Part shown: one piece after another, positions 26,002 to 29,241 of the stretch | How the letters are laid out: every line of letters starts with the position of its first letter | Numbering within the stretch: the first letter of the stretch is position 1 | DNA from: a virus | Lineage: Duplodnaviria; Caudoviricetes | Strand: one strand, 5' to 3' | Length of the DNA: 29,241 nucleotides | Virus record (IMG/VR): IMGVR_UViG_3300006164_001599 | Coordinates: 1 to 29,241 of that record | Made by a program: the position numbers and the translations under genes | The notes under the pieces: model-generated | Databases searched by the model: none | The model's input: only the letters and a program-made list of their open reading frames with translations | What the model was told of the DNA's origin: nothing

Positions 26002-26016
26002 GTATAATACACTATG
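26002..26016 (+). promoter_or_regulatory. Putative -10 element 5 nt before ATG (leaderless)
   Basis: G-TATAAT(26003-26008)-ACACT-ATG(26014). Confidence 0.65.
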
Positions 26017-26265
26017 AGCGATTTTAAAGACGAGTTCACTGAAGAACTAACCAACATAATAAAAAATATGAATACTGATAATAATACGTCCACAGAAAGT
26101 GGTACTACAGACTCTAATAACTCCATTCACCTAGAAACAACTACTCTTTGGGAATCAATTTCTGACTATTCTAAACAGACTGGAAAGAGATTTAGAATGA
26201 CTAAAGAACAAAAAGGTCGAGGATTAAGTCGAGAAGAAGCTTTTACAGAACGTTTTACTAGCTAA
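26014..26265 (+). CDS. Hypothetical protein with T/N/S-rich linker and basic C-terminal domain
   Basis: 83-aa ORF preceded by the promoter motif. C-terminus YSKQTGKRFRMTKEQKGRGLSREEAF. Confidence 0.7.
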   Translation: MSDFKDEFTEELTNIIKNMNTDNNTSTESGTTDSNNSIHLETTTLWESISDYSKQTGKRFRMTKEQKGRGLSREEAFTERFTS

Positions 26266-26286
26266 TCCCTTTCTGTATCATAGATA
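26264..26286 (+). promoter_or_regulatory. Putative promoter, near-copy of the 9061-9083 element
   Basis: AATCCCTTTCT-GTATCATA-GATA compared with AATCCCTTTG-GTATAATA-AGATA. Intergenic. Confidence 0.45.
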
Positions 26287-26370
26287 ATATTTCTTACTAA
26301 TATAAATTATAATTTACATGCTCTTATAAAAGAGTATATACTTATAGGAATAAACAACTTCCTATATAAT

Positions 26371-26667
26371 ATGAGTTACAGAAAACGTGTCATACATGAA
26401 AAAACTGATGGGCTTTATATGACTGCTGCCCAGCTAGGTTTTTACTGTAATGATATTAGTGGACTCAAATCCTTTAGAGAAGAGGATGATGATTTCTATA
26501 GTTATTATTGCAGATGTATGACCCATAATGTTTTTTATGATAATAGCGAAATTGAACCCGAAAACTGTCATATGGTTTGGGATCATCATCTTAATGCTAT
26601 ATCTTACCGCGCTAAAAATGGGGCTAAAATATGGGACAAATTAAAAAGATTAGGGATTGAACTATGA
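26371..26667 (+). CDS. Hypothetical protein
   Basis: 98-aa ORF, ATGA-coupled to the next gene. No recognisable motif. Confidence 0.65.
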   Translation: MSYRKRVIHEKTDGLYMTAAQLGFYCNDISGLKSFREEDDDFYSYYCRCMTHNVFYDNSEIEPENCHMVWDHHLNAISYRAKNGAKIWDKLKRLGIEL

Positions 26668-26918
26668 CTTATAGAGAATATTTATGCTACTGCTTTTTAC
26701 TCTTCTTAGAAGGTATTTTCTACTTTGTAGCTTCTTTGGTTAATAAGAAGCTTGATATTACTTGGGCTATGAATTACTTCATGAATCAAAATGAAAGTAT
26801 TAAAAAAGTTTCCCGAGAGAATATTAGTCAACTTACAAAACGATCAACTGCCAAACAAAACCTGAAAGGTGAGTTTGATAATATTCAAGAAAAGTTTACA
26901 GGCGAAAATAATGTTTAG
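26664..26918 (+). CDS. Hypothetical protein with N-terminal membrane anchor
   Basis: Hydrophobic stretch YLCYCFLLFLEGIFYFVASLV; overlaps both neighbours. Confidence 0.6.
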   Translation: MTYREYLCYCFLLFLEGIFYFVASLVNKKLDITWAMNYFMNQNESIKKVSRENISQLTKRSTAKQNLKGEFDNIQEKFTGENNV

Positions 26919-27087
26919 AGCAGACTATATAGATAATGAAGGCGCAGTTTATTTCACAGATGAAATGAAAGATGGAGCTTTTCAACTTACTGGATTTACC
27001 CTTACTGATTATCAGGATGTAATTAATTACTACGTTGGTTATAAGCCTTGGGGAGTCTACATTCATTGTAGTACAGATGGAGATTAA
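26911..27087 (+). CDS. Small hypothetical protein (58 aa)
   Basis: ATG 26911 overlaps the upstream stop region, and the ORF is TAATG-coupled to the next gene. Confidence 0.55.
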   Translation: MFRADYIDNEGAVYFTDEMKDGAFQLTGFTLTDYQDVINYYVGYKPWGVYIHCSTDGD

Positions 27088-27389
27088 TGGGAAACAATTA
27101 CACATTAGAAAACGATCCGCTGGATCCAAACCGCGTAAAGAAGATTATTAAACAATTAGTAACTGAGGCTAAAGCTGACAGAGTTTTAGCTAAGGAAGCT
27201 TTTGATTTTTTTAAAGGGAGGGTAGAAGATAACCCTGAAGATACACAATCTAAAGAATTAATGGCAGAATGCCTAAAGTTAATGCAAACGGCTAGAAATT
27301 CTTCTGTTAAATGTATGGATACTTTGGTAAAATTGGAGGCTGTAATGGCTAAAGGTGGTAGTAGTGGAGAAATGGGATTTATGGGCTAA
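27087..27389 (+). CDS. Hypothetical helical protein
   Basis: 100-aa helical-looking ORF whose stop directly abuts the Clp ATPase start. Confidence 0.7.
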   Translation: MGNNYTLENDPLDPNRVKKIIKQLVTEAKADRVLAKEAFDFFKGRVEDNPEDTQSKELMAECLKLMQTARNSSVKCMDTLVKLEAVMAKGGSSGEMGFMG

Positions 27390-28736
27390 ATGAGTGATTG
27401 CTTTACATATACTTACGATATAGAGAACCTTGGGGAAATTGAAACTGTTCCTCTTAATGACAGTATCCTACGAGGGATAAAAGAACTAGCATATACCATG
27501 TATAATGATTATTATATTATGGGTATTATTACTGAGTATAGGCTAGAGATTATTAGTGTAATCTTCCCTGATGTTATTGAAGAGTTCACCACATCCCAAG
27601 GCTTTCCTGATAAGTTCACAGATTTAATGTATGATGTGTTGACAGAAGATATGCCATTCCTAAAAGAAGATGGAAAAGGAGGGTTTAAGGAAGACAACAC
27701 TCCATCAGGAGATAATATTAATATTATCTTTACTAGGGAACTTTCAGAGGTTTTTGAGGAAGCAACAAAATCAAAAAAGACTGCAAAGATAGAGAAAAAA
27801 TTTACTGTGGAAGATTTACCCAATCTCATTAAGACACTAAATTCCACGGTTATAGGACAAGAAAAGTCAGTACAGAATATTATTAATACTGTAAAGTTAC
27901 AGTTAACTGGATTGTCTAATTATATGACATTATTCTTTGCTGGCCCTACAGGGGTTGGTAAAAGCCTATTAGCTCAAACTCTTGGAAAGAACTATACAGG
28001 AAACTACTATAAGTTTAATTGTGCTGAGTATGCTAAGTCCCATGAATATTCAAAGCTTATTGGTGCGCCAGCAGGTTATGTCGGTTCAGAACGAGGAGGC
28101 ATCCTAACAGAGAAAGCACAGATCTCTAATAAGTGGGTATTCCTTTTCGATGAGGCTGAGAAAGCACATCCTAAGTTCTTTGAGTTCTTACTCTCTTTAT
28201 TGGATACGGGTAAACTGACAGATAATAAAGGGCATATTTTAGACTTCTCACAGAGTATTTTTATCTTCACCTCTAACATTGGTTATAAGCATGAAGAAAA
28301 GGGTTATGATTTAGGGTTTAATGGTAAGCTTAAAACTAGTATTGTAACGAGTGATGTAATATTGGATAAGGTTAAAGCTGAGTTTGCGCCTGAGTTTATT
28401 AACAGACTGAACTATATTACTTGCTTTAACTACCTAACTAAAGAGAGTATCAAGGATATCGTTAAAATTGAGCTTGGGCTATTACCTGTTAAAGTTACTC
28501 CTAAGCTTATTACTCATATACTAAATAAAGGGTACTCTGAGGAGTATGGTGCTAGGGAAGTTAAAAGAACGGTTGACTCTGAGTTAAAACTACTTATTGC
28601 TGAGGCTTTACTTGAAAGTGGAGCTAAATACCGTAAAGGAATGTCTAAGATGTTTACTCCTACTTGGCCTAAAGGTGTTCTTACTTTAAACAAGATACAA
28701 AAGAAAAAGTTAAAAACAATTAAGTCTACTGAGTAG
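27390..28736 (+). CDS. Clp/Hsp100 AAA+ ATPase with only the ClpA/B/C D2 module and a novel acidic N-terminal domain
   Basis: VIGQEK, FAGPTGVGKS, SKLIGAPAGYVG pore loop, LFDEAEKAHP, GKLTDNKG, IFTSNIG, LGF loop, FAPEFINRL, YGAR. Confidence 0.9.
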   Translation: MSDCFTYTYDIENLGEIETVPLNDSILRGIKELAYTMYNDYYIMGIITEYRLEIISVIFPDVIEEFTTSQGFPDKFTDLMYDVLTEDMPFLKEDGKGGFKEDNTPSGDNINIIFTRELSEVFEEATKSKKTAKIEKKFTVEDLPNLIKTLNSTVIGQEKSVQNIINTVKLQLTGLSNYMTLFFAGPTGVGKSLLAQTLGKNYTGNYYKFNCAEYAKSHEYSKLIGAPAGYVGSERGGILTEKAQISNKWVFLFDEAEKAHPKFFEFLLSLLDTGKLTDNKGHILDFSQSIFIFTSNIGYKHEEKGYDLGFNGKLKTSIVTSDVILDKVKAEFAPEFINRLNYITCFNYLTKESIKDIVKIELGLLPVKVTPKLITHILNKGYSEEYGAREVKRTVDSELKLLIAEALLESGAKYRKGMSKMFTPTWPKGVLTLNKIQKKKLKTIKSTE

Positions 28737-28744
28737 ATATTTAC

Positions 28745-28924
28745 ATGAAAGATAAACTAAAACATATACTAGAAACTACGGCAGGATGGAAACGTAAAGC
28801 ATGTCTTAAGAAATTAGGATATACAGAAGCATCTGCTAGAGCATTTTTAATAGAAGAATCGAAGCCTAAGGTTGTAATAAAGCCTAAAGTTACAAGGAAA
28901 GTCCCTAAAAGAGGAAACAAATGA
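28745..28924 (+). CDS. Small basic Lys-rich protein (59 aa), not in the ORF track
   Basis: Hand translation: MKDKLKHILETTAGWKRKACLKKLGYTEASARAFLIEESKPKVVIKPKVTRKVPKRGNK. ATGA-coupled to the next ORF. Confidence 0.65.
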   Translation: MKDKLKHILETTAGWKRKACLKKLGYTEASARAFLIEESKPKVVIKPKVTRKVPKRGNK

Positions 28925-29049
28925 AAGGTTTAGTCGGATCCTTTTTAAGGGATAAGTATAGAATTCCTCCTATGTCACTTGCTGAAATACTTTTTGGCCT
29001 GGGTTTTATAATAAGTGCGACTGTATTACTCACCATCGTTTTACTATAA
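28921..29049 (+). CDS. Small single-pass membrane protein (42 aa), not in the ORF track
   Basis: MKGLVGSFLRDKYRIPPMSLAEILFGLGFIISATVLLTIVLL, with a GAGGA SD and ATGA overlap. Confidence 0.6.
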   Translation: MKGLVGSFLRDKYRIPPMSLAEILFGLGFIISATVLLTIVLL

Positions 29050-29106
29050 TCTTACGCTAACGGGTGCAAAAAGGACATTCAAGTCCTGACTTACCCCCTT
29101 ATCCCC

Positions 29107-29150
29107 AAAAACAGGTATACCTAATAGATGTTAGGTATGCCTGTTTTTTT
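29107..29150 (+). terminator. Intrinsic terminator, potentially bidirectional
   Basis: AAAAACAGGTATACCTAA-TAGATG-TTAGGTATGCCTGTTTTTTT: an 18-bp stem with one U-G pair, followed by a T7 tract. Confidence 0.8.
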
Positions 29151-29241
29151 GCATACCTGCTCTGGTATTATGGGATTCCCCTAGACAGACCCTTTTATAT
29201 CTCGTCTAGCCTAAATAAAAAAAAAAAAACAAGATTCACAA

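Noticed and set aside
5190-26911. Upstream starts given by the ORF track (5190, 7633, 10943, 11998, 15951, 17091, 21109, 22289, 26869)
   Set aside because: Downstream ATGs give typical short overlaps or SD spacing and begin where the family N-termini begin.
719-28279. All minus-strand ORFs in the track and the nested plus-strand ORFs 880-1227 and 24728-24934
   Set aside because: They lie within or across well-supported plus-strand genes, are short and show no motifs; they are shadow ORFs.
29061-29100. tRNA suggested by TTCAAGTCC
   Set aside because: The T-stem does not pair in the tRNA register, and no D-arm, anticodon arm or acceptor stem could be built.
1-29241. CRISPR array, IS/integrase, rRNA, or stop-codon recoding
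   Set aside because: No regularly spaced repeats or mobile-element genes were seen. Conserved genes are full length under code 11 and TAA, TGA and TAG all terminate genes.
1-29241. Bacterial chromosomal origin of the window
   Set aside because: The gp46/47-, gp41-, gp32- and UvsY-like genes, extreme gene compaction and many small unknown ORFs fit a phage better. No virion genes are in the window, so the phage call remains an inference.

Overview
This is a gene-dense, AT-rich, all plus-strand segment, most consistent with a large tailed dsDNA phage carrying a T4-like replication/recombination toolkit. The genes are tightly coupled by ATGA/TAATG overlaps and read with standard code 11. There are three blocks. 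(1) 1-9056, nucleotide supply and replication: thyX (5'-truncated), gp47/SbcD nuclease, gp46/SbcC ATPase, class II-type ribonucleotide reductase, FmdB Zn-ribbon, gp41/DnaB helicase, HExxH protein, UvsY-like protein, gp32-like SSB and a lipoprotein. (2) 9101-23245, a ~14 kb sugar-synthesis and glycosylation island: about six glycosyltransferases, HldE-type kinase, cobalamin-dependent radical SAM enzyme, DJ-1/PfpI, cupin, HAD phosphatase, a TPP-dependent E1 alpha/beta pair, RmlC, a His-type ColD-like PLP dehydratase and an NAD-dependent epimerase/reductase. (3) 23245-29241: MazG, Zn-ribbon, Orn, a deaminase, RecA/UvsX, small unknowns, a single-domain Clp-type AAA+ ATPase with an LGF loop, and a terminal hairpin region. 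Reading the raw sequence added several things the ORF track misses: a recurring GTAT(A/C)ATA motif whose hexamer sits exactly 5 nt before ATG (probable leaderless promoters), a perfect 16-bp hairpin embedding the same motif in front of the island, a 40-aa relic of a second radical SAM gene, and three small ORFs. All family calls come from motif recognition by eye; no searches were run.
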